Shown piece by piece: positions 9,438 to 18,201 of a DNA stretch of 64,000 bases; positions within the stretch are counted from its first letter, which is position 1, and each line of letters begins with the position of its first letter. The stretch is from assembly GCA_963799775.1 (NCBI GenBank), contig CAWCYD010000002.1:64001-128000 (forward strand). Reading direction: 5' to 3'. This stretch comes from an uncultured archaeon. Lineage in GTDB: Archaea > Thermoproteota > Nitrososphaeria > Nitrososphaerales > Gagatemarchaeaceae. The position numbers and the translations under genes are program-made. The notes beneath the pieces are model-generated. The model worked only from the letters and a program-made list of their open reading frames with translations, was not told where the DNA came from and searched no databases.

Positions 9438-11075
9438 TTGTCATGTATAGTGTGCTTGAATCATACGTTCGCATCAGTAGCAACTCTAGTCCTCGTCGCC
9501 TCTCTCCTAACGGTCACTCCGATAGCCGCGGTCACATTGATGACCAGCGACGCTCCCCTCCCCCCGGTCTCGACGCTGAACGTCGTGCCCTTCCCGATTT
9601 CCCTGGGCTACAACCCCTCTGATGGATACGTGTACGCCGGAGGCTTCAACGGGTCGGTCTCGGTGATATCAGGGAGCAAGGTGATAGGGACCATCCCATC
9701 CGGCGAGATCGGTTACTCGGCGCAGGCCTTCGCATACAGCCCATCCGACCGGGCCGTCTACGTCGCGGGAGGCGACCAGGTCTCTTCGATATCGGGTCTG
9801 AACTCGACGTCGAACGTATCCAGCGCCGGGCCGTCCCCCCAGACTCTGATGTACGACCCCTCCGACTCCTACGTCTACGTCGCGAACCTGGGCTGGATAT
9901 CCATCCTCTCGAGCCAAGACGGCCTGAAGGCCGCTCTTCCGGCGAACATGCGTCCCGGCGGATTCGCCTTCGACTCGTTCGACAACTACACGTATGCCAC
10001 TTACATGATCCAGGACAGCACCGGAGCGTACACGGGCACCGAGGTCTACATCTTCTCTGGAACGAACCCCATCGGGAATGTGACCCTGTCGGGCGGTTCT
10101 GGTGGCTTCGTGGCGCCTGTCTATGACGCCTGTCATGACTACCTCTACGTCGCGAACACATCCGCTCAGTCCGTCTCTGTGATATGGGGCCAGACAATCA
10201 TCGGACAGGTTCCGGTGGGGCAGGAGCCCGAGTCCATGGCGTATGACGCGAAAACCAATCTCGTCTACGTGGCGAACTACGACGCAGGGAGCGTCTCAGT
10301 GCTCTCGGGCACTCAGAACCTCGGGACCGTCGCTGTGGGCCGCTCGCCGATTGCTGTCGCCTACGATCCCTACGACGGCAACGTCTACGTGGCGAACGAG
10401 GCTTCGAACACGGTCTCTGTCATCTCGGGGACGACACTTGTCGCGACAATCCAGGTGGGAAAGAGCCCGGTCGCCCTGGTCTACGACGCCTCAAACAACG
10501 ACGTCTACGTCGCGAACAACGGCGGCAGCTCGGTCTCGATAATACCGCCTCTCGGCTCGGCCACGACCAGCACATCCCCATCGCACGCTCCTTGCTCGCC
10601 AACCCCGGCGGGCTTGATCACGACCACCACCGTCACCGCCACGGCCACGACCACCGCGACTACGACAGCGACAGACACCGTGACCAACACTGCGACTCTC
10701 ACCACCACCGAATTGAACACCACCACGGCCACCGTCACGCGGTCCGTCACAGCTGCGCCCAACGACACCACAACGGGAAACACCGATCCCACAGTAACCA
10801 GCACCGTGACACTCTACCAGACATCCAGCGTGACGACAACTTCCCAGCCTGGCGCTCCTCCGACGTCAGCCGGAGCCACGACGACGTCTGAAACAGGCGC
10901 AGTCCAGTCGTCTGCTAGCTCTCACGTCGGTTCCCCCGCTGCATCGAGCCTGCCCCTCGCGGATATCGCCGCGGTCGCTATACTCGTCCTAGTGGGCTTC
11001 ATGGGCGGCATTGTTGCGGGCAGGAGGAGGCGCTCCAAAGGCGCAGGCACAGCAGAGTGGGATGTCCCGATATGA
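9438..11075 (+). CDS. Surface YVTN/YncE beta-propeller protein with Thr-rich stalk and C-terminal membrane anchor
   Basis: Repeats of VG..P..(V)AYD..N..VYVAN..S.SVSVI; poly-Thr linker 10620-10850; TM segment followed by RRRR. Confidence 0.85.
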   Translation: MSCIVCLNHTFASVATLVLVASLLTVTPIAAVTLMTSDAPLPPVSTLNVVPFPISLGYNPSDGYVYAGGFNGSVSVISGSKVIGTIPSGEIGYSAQAFAYSPSDRAVYVAGGDQVSSISGLNSTSNVSSAGPSPQTLMYDPSDSYVYVANLGWISILSSQDGLKAALPANMRPGGFAFDSFDNYTYATYMIQDSTGAYTGTEVYIFSGTNPIGNVTLSGGSGGFVAPVYDACHDYLYVANTSAQSVSVIWGQTIIGQVPVGQEPESMAYDAKTNLVYVANYDAGSVSVLSGTQNLGTVAVGRSPIAVAYDPYDGNVYVANEASNTVSVISGTTLVATIQVGKSPVALVYDASNNDVYVANNGGSSVSIIPPLGSATTSTSPSHAPCSPTPAGLITTTTVTATATTTATTTATDTVTNTATLTTTELNTTTATVTRSVTAAPNDTTTGNTDPTVTSTVTLYQTSSVTTTSQPGAPPTSAGATTTSETGAVQSSASSHVGSPAASSLPLADIAAVAILVLVGFMGGIVAGRRRRSKGAGTAEWDVPI

Positions 11076-11860
11076 GGGCCGCACTCCTTCGAGCGATTCG
11101 ACCGTCGCTGCTGGGGTCCATGGTCCTTCTGTCCGTCTTCGTCGCCGCTCTCCCTCCCACCAACGCCGCAACCTCCAACACGCCCACGGGGGTAATGGTG
11201 CCGCTTTTCTCGTACCTCGGCCCGTCGTGGGCGCAGCTCATCGCGTTCCACCAACGGTATCCGGCCGTGCCGATGGTCGCGGTGGTTGACCCGGTCCGCG
11301 GTCCTGGCTTGTTCCGCGACCCCAACTTCGAACTCGGCGTTCAAAGCCTGCAGAACGCCGGGATACCAGTCCTGGGTTACATCGCGACCGGATATGCTCA
11401 CGTGAGCATACCAGCCGTCGAGTCTTTGATAACACAGTACCGAAACTGGTACCATGTCAATGGGACGGTGCTAGACCAGATGAACAACACAGGAATGGAA
11501 GGGTACTATTCTACGATAACTAGCTTCGATAGGTCACTGGGCATGACGATGACCGTCGGAAACCCTGGCGCGGAGGTGCCCTCGAGCTACGTCGGGACGG
11601 TCGACACGATGGTGATATACGAGAGCCCCGGGCTCCCGACTCTCTCGTTCATCGGTGGATGGCACGCAGCCTACCCCAAGAGCGACTGGATCATCACGGC
11701 ATACGGGGTCCCAAACCTTGACGTGAACTATGTTCGAAGCGCCTCTCAGTTCGTTGGCTACCTCTACATCACCGACGGGGTCTGGCCGGACCCTTACACC
11801 AGCGGACTTCCCAGCTACATGAACACGCTGATGTCGACACTGGCGGCCCTGGACGCTTGA
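11072..11860 (+). CDS. Spherulin-4 / GH135 (Sph3-like) protein with signal peptide
   Basis: MVPLFSY, VVDP..GPG, VLGYIATGY, LDQM, GNPG, IYE, YLYITD...DPY..LPSY; ATG at 11072 overlaps the upstream TGA. Confidence 0.85.
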   Translation: MRAALLRAIRPSLLGSMVLLSVFVAALPPTNAATSNTPTGVMVPLFSYLGPSWAQLIAFHQRYPAVPMVAVVDPVRGPGLFRDPNFELGVQSLQNAGIPVLGYIATGYAHVSIPAVESLITQYRNWYHVNGTVLDQMNNTGMEGYYSTITSFDRSLGMTMTVGNPGAEVPSSYVGTVDTMVIYESPGLPTLSFIGGWHAAYPKSDWIITAYGVPNLDVNYVRSASQFVGYLYITDGVWPDPYTSGLPSYMNTLMSTLAALDA

Positions 11861-11912
11861 CACCCGATCCTTTCAGCGGAGCCTGTCTCGACCACGACCT
11901 TCCCGGCTCTGG

Positions 11913-12971
11913 CTAGAAGTAGTCGGGCACCCACGAGCGCGAGCCATCGACCTTCCCTGTCTTTCTCGCCTTTTCATATTCGTCGTACGGCACGTAGACC
12001 TCGTTCCAGTATCTGAGGCAGACCATCCTCTCGTAGCCCTTGGTCTGGATGCTCTCCCCGAGAACGAGGTTGCGGTAGAGGATGTCGGGCTCGTTGACCC
12101 CCGCCGCTGCACGGATCGGACAAGAGGCGGAGAACCTAGGGTTTATCTCGAAAGCCTTGGGTTCCCCCTTCTCCATCCTCGCCTGAACGTTGATCGGGCC
12201 CGCCCCGCCGAGCCCAACAGCGACCTGCTCCGCGGCCTTCCTGACCTCGGGGAACTCGTCTATGAACGCCTTGTAGGTCTGCCCGCCCTTCAGGGTCCGT
12301 CGAATCGCTATCGAGGACATGACCTTCCCCCCCTTGCCGAGCGTCACCCCGGTGGTGAACTCGTCGGCGTCCTCGGAGAGATATTCTTGTAGCATCGGGC
12401 GCCAGCCCCTTCTCCGAATCGACGCGATTGCGTAGTCAATCTCGTCGCGTGATCTGGCCACGAAGAACTGTTCCGACCCGTGCCCCTCCCTGGGCTTGAC
12501 GACGATGGGATAACCGAACTCCTTTACGAATCGCTCCCTTCCACCAGGCAATGAGGACTCAGCGCGAGGGAGCCCATGCTTCTTCATGAACTGGTATGTC
12601 TTCCACTTGTCGGAGCCGATGGATATCGTCTCGGGCTTGTTCGAGATGACGACAGCTCCGCCCGCCTTCATTATCTGGTCCGCCGCGGAGCCTACGACCG
12701 CGAGCTCCTCGTCCGCGCCCACGAAGATCGCCGACGCCCGTTTCTTCCTCGCGAGGTCAATGAGACCTTGAACGAAGTCAGGAGAAGAGGCATCCGGTAT
12801 CAGGAAGCCTTTGTCGCCCCTGTAGAGCCCTGCTGCGCGAGCGTCGGCGTCGCCTACGAGGATCGTGTAGGAGACCGGACCGCCCTTCATGTTCGCCAGA
12901 CGGAGGCACTTTATGATGCCCTCCCCGATTATGCCGCCCCCGGCTGTGACTAGGACTGTGGCCTCCACCAT
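11913..12971 (-). CDS. ATP-grasp ligase (carbamoyl-phosphate-synthase-like/PylC-like)
   Basis: VLVTAGGG, DKWKT, VVKPREGHGS, MLQEYL, FEINPRFS. Confidence 0.85.
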   Translation of the reverse strand: MVEATVLVTAGGGIIGEGIIKCLRLANMKGGPVSYTILVGDADARAAGLYRGDKGFLIPDASSPDFVQGLIDLARKKRASAIFVGADEELAVVGSAADQIMKAGGAVVISNKPETISIGSDKWKTYQFMKKHGLPRAESSLPGGRERFVKEFGYPIVVKPREGHGSEQFFVARSRDEIDYAIASIRRRGWRPMLQEYLSEDADEFTTGVTLGKGGKVMSSIAIRRTLKGGQTYKAFIDEFPEVRKAAEQVAVGLGGAGPINVQARMEKGEPKAFEINPRFSASCPIRAAAGVNEPDILYRNLVLGESIQTKGYERMVCLRYWNEVYVPYDEYEKARKTGKVDGSRSWVPDYF

Positions 12972-13005
12972 CGCCCCGAAACCCGGCTGGCCATTTATCT
13001 GCCTT

Positions 13006-13059
13006 CAGAAGAATCCTCTGGTCGAGGGTTTGGAGACATTGTTGCGCTTTCGCTTAAAT
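13006..13059. promoter_or_regulatory. Divergent promoter with sites CAGAAGAATCCTCTG and GGAGACATTGTTGCG, each 7 bp from a TATA
   Basis: Site centres are 26 bp (2 x 13) apart, between the ATP-grasp and spherulin-4 genes. Confidence 0.65.
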
Positions 13060-13106
13060 CTCTGGCTCGCGTAGTCTCTTCGTTGCGGCTTATTCTGGAA
13101 CTCGAA

Positions 13107-13820
13107 ATGAGGTCAGGCCTCTTGGTCCCGCTCTACGGCCATCCAGGGTCCGCTTGGGACGCTCTGGCCAAGCTCAAGTCTGACTGCGCAGAAGTACCCG
13201 TAGTCGCCATCGTCAACCCCTGCAGCGGCCCAGGGGAAAGCCGGGACCAGAGCTATTCCGCCGAAATCTCCACACTCCAGGCCTCGGGCGCAACCGTCAT
13301 AGGATACGCGCCGACAAGCTACGCATCCAGGACCCTTGCGGAAGTCGAAGCCGTAATCGACCGATACGTTGACTGGTACCGGGTGAAAGGGATTTTCTTC
13401 GATGAGATGTCCACGCTCCCCCGAGACGAAGGCTACTACTCAAGTCTGAACGAATACGCGAAGTCCCTCGGCCTTGAGATCACGGTCGGCAACCCAGGGA
13501 CAAGCATGCCGCCGAGCGTTGTCCGAACCATGGACGTCGTCGTGATCTACGAGGGCGAAGGCCTACCGAGCCTGCGCTATCTCGAACGACAATCTTCAGA
13601 TGGTGAGAGAGACTTCGCCGTCATGGCGTACGGCGTGCCCGCCATGGACCCGTCCTTCCTCCGAGCTGCCATGCGGCACGTCAGCCTCGTGTACCTCACT
13701 GACCAAGGGTTACCGAACCCGTATTACGCTCCTTCGTCTTACATCCCCGACATCGCACATGCTTTGCTGTCTGGCAACGGACCTTGGCGAGATCCGAGCG
13801 AAGGGCCGTTCCAGCCATAA
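13107..13820 (+). CDS. Second spherulin-4 / GH135 protein, no signal peptide
   Basis: LLVPLYGHP, IVNPCSGPG, GIFFDEM, GNPGT, IYEG, VYLTD...NPY. Confidence 0.85.
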   Translation: MRSGLLVPLYGHPGSAWDALAKLKSDCAEVPVVAIVNPCSGPGESRDQSYSAEISTLQASGATVIGYAPTSYASRTLAEVEAVIDRYVDWYRVKGIFFDEMSTLPRDEGYYSSLNEYAKSLGLEITVGNPGTSMPPSVVRTMDVVVIYEGEGLPSLRYLERQSSDGERDFAVMAYGVPAMDPSFLRAAMRHVSLVYLTDQGLPNPYYAPSSYIPDIAHALLSGNGPWRDPSEGPFQP

Positions 13821-13827
13821 ATGAGTC

Positions 13828-13856
13828 TAGAAGATTGTTTCAGATGGGTTAAATAA
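13828..13856 (+). promoter_or_regulatory. Palindromic site TAGAAGATTGTTTCA + 6 bp + TATA (TTAAATAA), wHTH promoter
   Basis: Contains the 12-mer found exactly four times in intergenic DNA. Confidence 0.75.
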
Positions 13857-13880
13857 GGAAGGCTAGAGTAACAGACTATC

Positions 13881-14180
13881 ATGAAATACAGGAGCAGGAC
13901 CGACATTATCGCCATGATACTGCAGGCAGCGATGCATGGCGCAACCAAGACTAGGCTCATGTACAGCGCCTACCTCTCCTACGCCCAAGTGCAAGAATAC
14001 CTTGCGTTCTTGAAAGACAGGAAGCTCATCAGCTTCGAAGAGGAAAGCCAAGAATACAAGCTCACAGAGCAGGGCCTACGCTTTCTGCGAGTCTATGACG
14101 AGATCAGCGAGATCGTCTCACTCAACGGCAACGGCGTGGGCAAGTCGCTAGAGAGAACACCGTCTAGTCTCGTCAGATAG
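13881..14180 (+). CDS. Winged-helix regulator (HTH_45/ArnR1-like)
   Basis: YRSRTDII..IL.....GATKTRLMY.AYLSY.Q..EYL...Y.LTE.G pattern typical of thaumarchaeal wHTH proteins. Confidence 0.88.
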   Translation: MKYRSRTDIIAMILQAAMHGATKTRLMYSAYLSYAQVQEYLAFLKDRKLISFEEESQEYKLTEQGLRFLRVYDEISEIVSLNGNGVGKSLERTPSSLVR

Positions 14181-14232
14181 GCATAGCCAGCCCATTAGGG
14201 CTTCGCAATGCCGACCGCCGCCAGGCGGTCAC

Positions 14233-14244
14233 TTTTCTTTTTTT
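14233..14244 (+). terminator. Oligo-T archaeal terminator candidate
   Basis: TTTTCTTTTTTT ~50 bp after the wHTH stop in a GC-rich context. Confidence 0.45.
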
Positions 14245-14393
14245 GAAAGCTACCAGCGTGTGCCTTGGCCCGAAGCAATCTTCGGCGCCAGGTGTCCAGC
14301 CAGGACGAACTTTCTTCTCTCATATTGAGACGCTTGATTGCTATTGAGATTTCCATCCAAGTGCTTTTAGGGTCTTGGCTCCAACGAAGCGCC

Positions 14394-15305
14394 ATGTTAC
14401 TGAACCCCACCATCGGGAGGCAGACAGACAGATGCCACGAGTGTCGCGCTGTGCTCGTATCTGATTTCGAGTCGGGCGAGCAGGTCTGCGCGTCCTGCGG
14501 CGTCGTCACAAGGAACGAAGACATCCGCTTCTCAGCGATGTTCGGAAGCCCCGCATCAGAGCTAGGCTCGATAATGGGTGAGGAGAACTCCGGGATGATG
14601 TACTACGTCTCACTCCCTGCGCGGATCGACGACAGAGACGTCGACGCCAAGGGGAAGCACATCTCAGAGGTCGGAGACATGAACAGGCTGAGGAGGCTGA
14701 ACAACCTCACGATAGCAAGCGACTCGAAACGCAGGAACCTGACCCGGGCCGCCTCTGAGATCCAGAGGATCGGCGGGTCGCTCGGCGCCGGCCGGAACGT
14801 CGTCGAGAGGGCCTACGAGCTCTACCGCAAGGGAATCGAGGAAGGGAGCGGAAGGAGAAGGTCCATCGTCGGGATGGCAGAAGCGGCGGTCTACCTCGCG
14901 TGCAAGGAAGGAGGCGTACCAAGGTCCGCCGAAGAGATAGAGCAATCCTCAGACGGAAACGAGGGGAAGAACATCAGGCACTACTCCAAAGTCCTGCTAA
15001 AGGGATCGGGGATCCACATATCTGCGCCAGACCCGGCCTCGCAGGTCTCGAGGATCGCCAGCAGAGCGGGCCTGGGAGGAGTGACCGAACGAAGAGCAAT
15101 CCAGATCCTCGAGAAGGTCAAGAACGACGCCCTCCTCGCAGGGAAGAGGCCGGTCTCGATCGCGGCGGCGGCTCTCTATCTCGCCGCGAGCCAGACGTCG
15201 GAGTACACGACCCAGATCAGGATAGCCTTCGCAGCAGGGATCACCACGATCACCCTGCGGAAGCGGGCGACCGAGGTATCGAAGCTGCTCGGCACGACAA
15301 GCTGA
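14394..15305 (+). CDS. tfb: Transcription initiation factor IIB paralogue
   Basis: Zn ribbon CHEC...GEQVCASCG, two cyclin folds (AAVYLACK; GKRP.SIAAAALY), C-terminal HTH TQ..IA.AAG.T..TLR.R. Confidence 0.9.
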   Translation: MLLNPTIGRQTDRCHECRAVLVSDFESGEQVCASCGVVTRNEDIRFSAMFGSPASELGSIMGEENSGMMYYVSLPARIDDRDVDAKGKHISEVGDMNRLRRLNNLTIASDSKRRNLTRAASEIQRIGGSLGAGRNVVERAYELYRKGIEEGSGRRRSIVGMAEAAVYLACKEGGVPRSAEEIEQSSDGNEGKNIRHYSKVLLKGSGIHISAPDPASQVSRIASRAGLGGVTERRAIQILEKVKNDALLAGKRPVSIAAAALYLAASQTSEYTTQIRIAFAAGITTITLRKRATEVSKLLGTTS

Positions 15306-15369
15306 AGGCCACGGGGTAGCATTGCCAGCGTCCGTCTCCCAGGGCCGAAAGGGTCGCGAGGTGGGACGA

Positions 15370-16083
15370 GTGAGGGCAGCGATTCACCAACCGATGTACC
15401 TGCCCTACCCTGGGTTCTTCCAGAAGCTCAGCATGTCGGACGTCTTCGTCCTGATGGATGACGTCCAATACGACAAGAGATACACCAACAGGAACCAGAT
15501 TCTCGTACCCCAAGGGCCCATCTGGATATCGGTGCCGATAGACAAGGGCGACAAGTTCTCCGAGAACAGGCACGTAAGGATCAACAACTCCATCGACTGG
15601 CGCGCGGAGCATCTGCAGAAGATAGACAAGTCCTACGCGAGAGCGCCGTTCTTCCACCAGTACGGGCAGAAGATGAAGGATGTCTACTCGAGAGACTGGG
15701 AGATGCTTCTCGAACTCGACCTGGAGCTGGTGAAGCTCATGATGGACTGGCTCGGGTTGAAGATCCCAACAGTCCGGGAATCAGAACTCGGTGTAGGAGG
15801 AGAGTCCACGGAAAGGCTGGTGAACGCTTGCAAGGCGGTGGGGGCCGACACCTACGTATCTGGCATCGGGGGAAAGAACTACATGGACGAGTCGATGTTC
15901 GCGAGGGCAGGCCTGAGCGTCGTCTACCAGCATTACGAGCCTGTAGAATACAAGCAAAGATTCGGCTCGACCTTCGTGCCCAACCTCTCGATAGTCGACA
16001 TGGTCTTCAACGTCGGGCCTGAGTCTTCGAGGCTGATCCGCGAGTCGAAGGCCGATGCTCGCACTGCACCGCTTGCAGTGTAA
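15370..16083 (+). CDS. WbqC-like family protein
   Basis: AIHQP.YLPYPGFF, DDVQY...Y.NRN, Y.RAPFF, YVSG.GG.NY, NLSIVD.VFN.GP. Confidence 0.9.
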   Translation: MRAAIHQPMYLPYPGFFQKLSMSDVFVLMDDVQYDKRYTNRNQILVPQGPIWISVPIDKGDKFSENRHVRINNSIDWRAEHLQKIDKSYARAPFFHQYGQKMKDVYSRDWEMLLELDLELVKLMMDWLGLKIPTVRESELGVGGESTERLVNACKAVGADTYVSGIGGKNYMDESMFARAGLSVVYQHYEPVEYKQRFGSTFVPNLSIVDMVFNVGPESSRLIRESKADARTAPLAV

Positions 16084-16146
16084 CATGGGCATCTCACTGT
16101 AACAATATTGCAGTATTGATATAAAAAGCCCGGGCGGCAGTGCTCG

Positions 16147-16855
16147 ATGAACATTCTAGCAATAGGTGCCCATCCAGATGACATTGAGCTGGGATGCGGT
16201 GGCACCCTGCTCAAGGCGGTAAGGGAAGGTCACAACGTGTTCATGTACACCCTCACGCGCGGAGGCGCCTCTGGGAATCCGGCGCAGAGGACGGAGGAGC
16301 TGAAGAGGTCGGCCAAGTTCATAGGCGCCAATGGACCTCAAGATCGACGATTTTGAAGACACGAAACTGACGCCCGGCCCAGAACTCATCAACCACATAG
16401 AGGCCTACGTTAACTTCGCCGACCCCGACGTCATCTTCACCCACTCAAAGAGCGACATCCATCACGACCATCGTGCGATCTCGATGGCAACCGTCGAGGC
16501 GGCGCGCTTCTCCTCGAACATCCTTTCTTACGAGATACCTCTCACCAAGGACTTCGAGCCAACGCTCTACTACGACATCTCAGACGTCATCGACGAGAAG
16601 GTCCAGCTCATAGAGATATTCTGGTCCCAGAACGCGAAGCTCTACCTGAAGGCAAACGCGATCAAAGGACTGGCCGAGTATCGCGCGCTCCAGAGCAGGA
16701 TGGGCGCCTCCGTGAACTACGTAGAGACCTTCGAGGTCGCGAAGCTCTGCCTCGACAAGCAATTCCGATTGATGAAAGTTCCCCGCCCCACGGAGTCCAC
16801 CGCCCGTGTCAGACTGCCTGAGGAACAGATCGAGTATGCGTGGAACAAGGGCTAG
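16147..16855 (+). CDS. PIG-L/LmbE family de-N-acetylase (frameshift ~16330)
   Basis: AHPDDIELG and TH..SD.HHDH metal-binding motifs. Confidence 0.88.
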
Positions 16856-16863
16856 AGGGACAA

Positions 16864-17190
16864 ATGGAACGTAGTGCCCAAGAAGAGGGCTACAGCAGCG
16901 TGCTCGGCTGGGGCAACAGGGGATGGCTCGAGATCATCGACCTCATCCTCTTCGTCTGTGAGCAGGGCGCGCTCAAGACACACGTCATGTACAAGTGCAA
17001 CCTGAACTCCAAGCAGGTCCAACAATACCTGGACTTCGTCCTGAGCCGGGGCCTGGTAGTGGTCTCGCACGACCCGCAAGATCCGAAGCGGACCTTCTAC
17101 GTGACGACGGAGAGGGGAAGGAAGTTCATGCGGGCCTACAACGAGCTCGCGGACATATTCAGCCTGAAGAACCAGGTCGTAAACCCGTAA
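16864..17190 (+). CDS. Winged-helix regulator (HTH_45), copy A
   Basis: NRGWLEII..IL...GALKTH.MY.CNLNS.Q.QQYL...TTERG. Confidence 0.85.
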   Translation: MERSAQEEGYSSVLGWGNRGWLEIIDLILFVCEQGALKTHVMYKCNLNSKQVQQYLDFVLSRGLVVVSHDPQDPKRTFYVTTERGRKFMRAYNELADIFSLKNQVVNP

Positions 17191-17333
17191 CGCGAAGAAG
17201 GAAGTTACTGTTTGGTCAAAAGGGCTTTTAGGGCTTCTCATCGAGAGAAGGTTTGGCCACGAAAAGCGCCAGCTAAGACCCATCCGTAACAGACTACGCC
17301 AACCCGTTTAACATCCGAGGAATCGTTCCCACC

Positions 17334-17537
17334 ATGGCAGAACAAGCCGCGACGTTCAAGTGCGACTTATGCGGAGCGGAGTTCGAAGACGCCGACGCTC
17401 TGACCAAGCACATGGCAGTCCACGGCACGGGCGGTGAATCCAAAGCGGAAGACAAGGAGCCTCTCGAGCAGGGGGCCGAGTCGCCGACGGTAGCACCGAC
17501 GATGCCGGGCTCGGGCCCCGTCATGCCGAACGCATAA
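17334..17537 (+). CDS. Small C2H2 zinc-finger protein
   Basis: FKCDLCGAEF.....L.KHMAVH; own TATA-like TTTAAC at 17307. Confidence 0.7.
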   Translation: MAEQAATFKCDLCGAEFEDADALTKHMAVHGTGGESKAEDKEPLEQGAESPTVAPTMPGSGPVMPNA

Positions 17538-17612
17538 GGGGAGGACGGCAGAGCTCTTGAGACGCGTCTGGTCGCCCACCCTCCTTAATTTTCATGCGGG
17601 ATCGGCCCAGCA

Positions 17613-17675
17613 TAGAACAATCTTCTAGTACAATTCTCCATACAACCTTTAAGCTCAATCCTTGCATCCATGCAA
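17613..17675 (+). promoter_or_regulatory. gvpA promoter: tandem palindromic sites (17613, 17626), TATA TTTAAG (17648), downstream inverted repeat TTGCAT-CC-ATGCAA (17662-17675)
   Basis: Read directly from the sequence. Confidence 0.75.
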
Positions 17676-17684
17676 CGATAGATT

Positions 17685-17930
17685 TTGTCCCAAGCGCAAA
17701 TGGGCTACAGACCACTGCTTAACATCTACGACCTCATCGACAGAGTTCTCGACAAGGGCATCGTCATAGACGCGAACGTCTCCGTCGCGCTCGTGGGCAT
17801 CGAGATCCTCGTCATCAGAGCAAGGATCGTCGTCGCAGGAATCGACGCGTTCCTCAGCTATGCACAGGCCCTGGGACTTGCGGCTACGCCTGGCGCTCCG
17901 GCCCCGTTGACCGAAGCACCAGCACGCTAG
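17685..17930 (+). CDS. gvpA: Major gas vesicle structural protein
   Basis: IDRVLDKGIVIDA..SV.LVGIE.L...ARIVVA..D.FL.YA.A.GL signature. Confidence 0.92.
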   Translation: MSQAQMGYRPLLNIYDLIDRVLDKGIVIDANVSVALVGIEILVIRARIVVAGIDAFLSYAQALGLAATPGAPAPLTEAPAR

Positions 17931-17952
17931 CAAAACGGACGGCTGGCTGGAG

Positions 17953-18201
17953 TTGGCCATATGTCTCGTCTGCGGCAAGTACGAGAAGCTCGACCTGGAG
18001 GACGCGATGAAGAAGGGCTGGGTCTTCATGCGCTGCCCAGAGTGCCACCGTGGGACTCCGTTCGACATCGCAAAGGTCTACCTCTCGAAGACGATGGGCG
18101 AGGAGAACATGGAGGGCTTCTGCAACAAGCACTGGTTCAAGGACTCGGGTCTCTGCGGATACTGCAGGATGAAACGGGAGGGAGCAGAGATTGTCCCTTA
18201 G
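17953..18201 (+). CDS. Cys/His-rich small protein inside the gvp operon
   Basis: CLVC, CPEC, CNKH, CGYC; overlaps the next gvp start. Confidence 0.65.
   Translation: MAICLVCGKYEKLDLEDAMKKGWVFMRCPECHRGTPFDIAKVYLSKTMGEENMEGFCNKHWFKDSGLCGYCRMKREGAEIVP

Noticed and set aside
10140-10545. Recurring TCTACGTCGCGAAC/TCTACGTGGCGAAC at ~120-bp spacing resembling an array
   Set aside because: These are the YVAN motifs of beta-propeller blades within a CDS.
10620-10850. ACC/ACG-rich tandem-like repeat
   Set aside because: It encodes the Thr-rich stalk of the surface protein; not a CRISPR or DNA repeat element.
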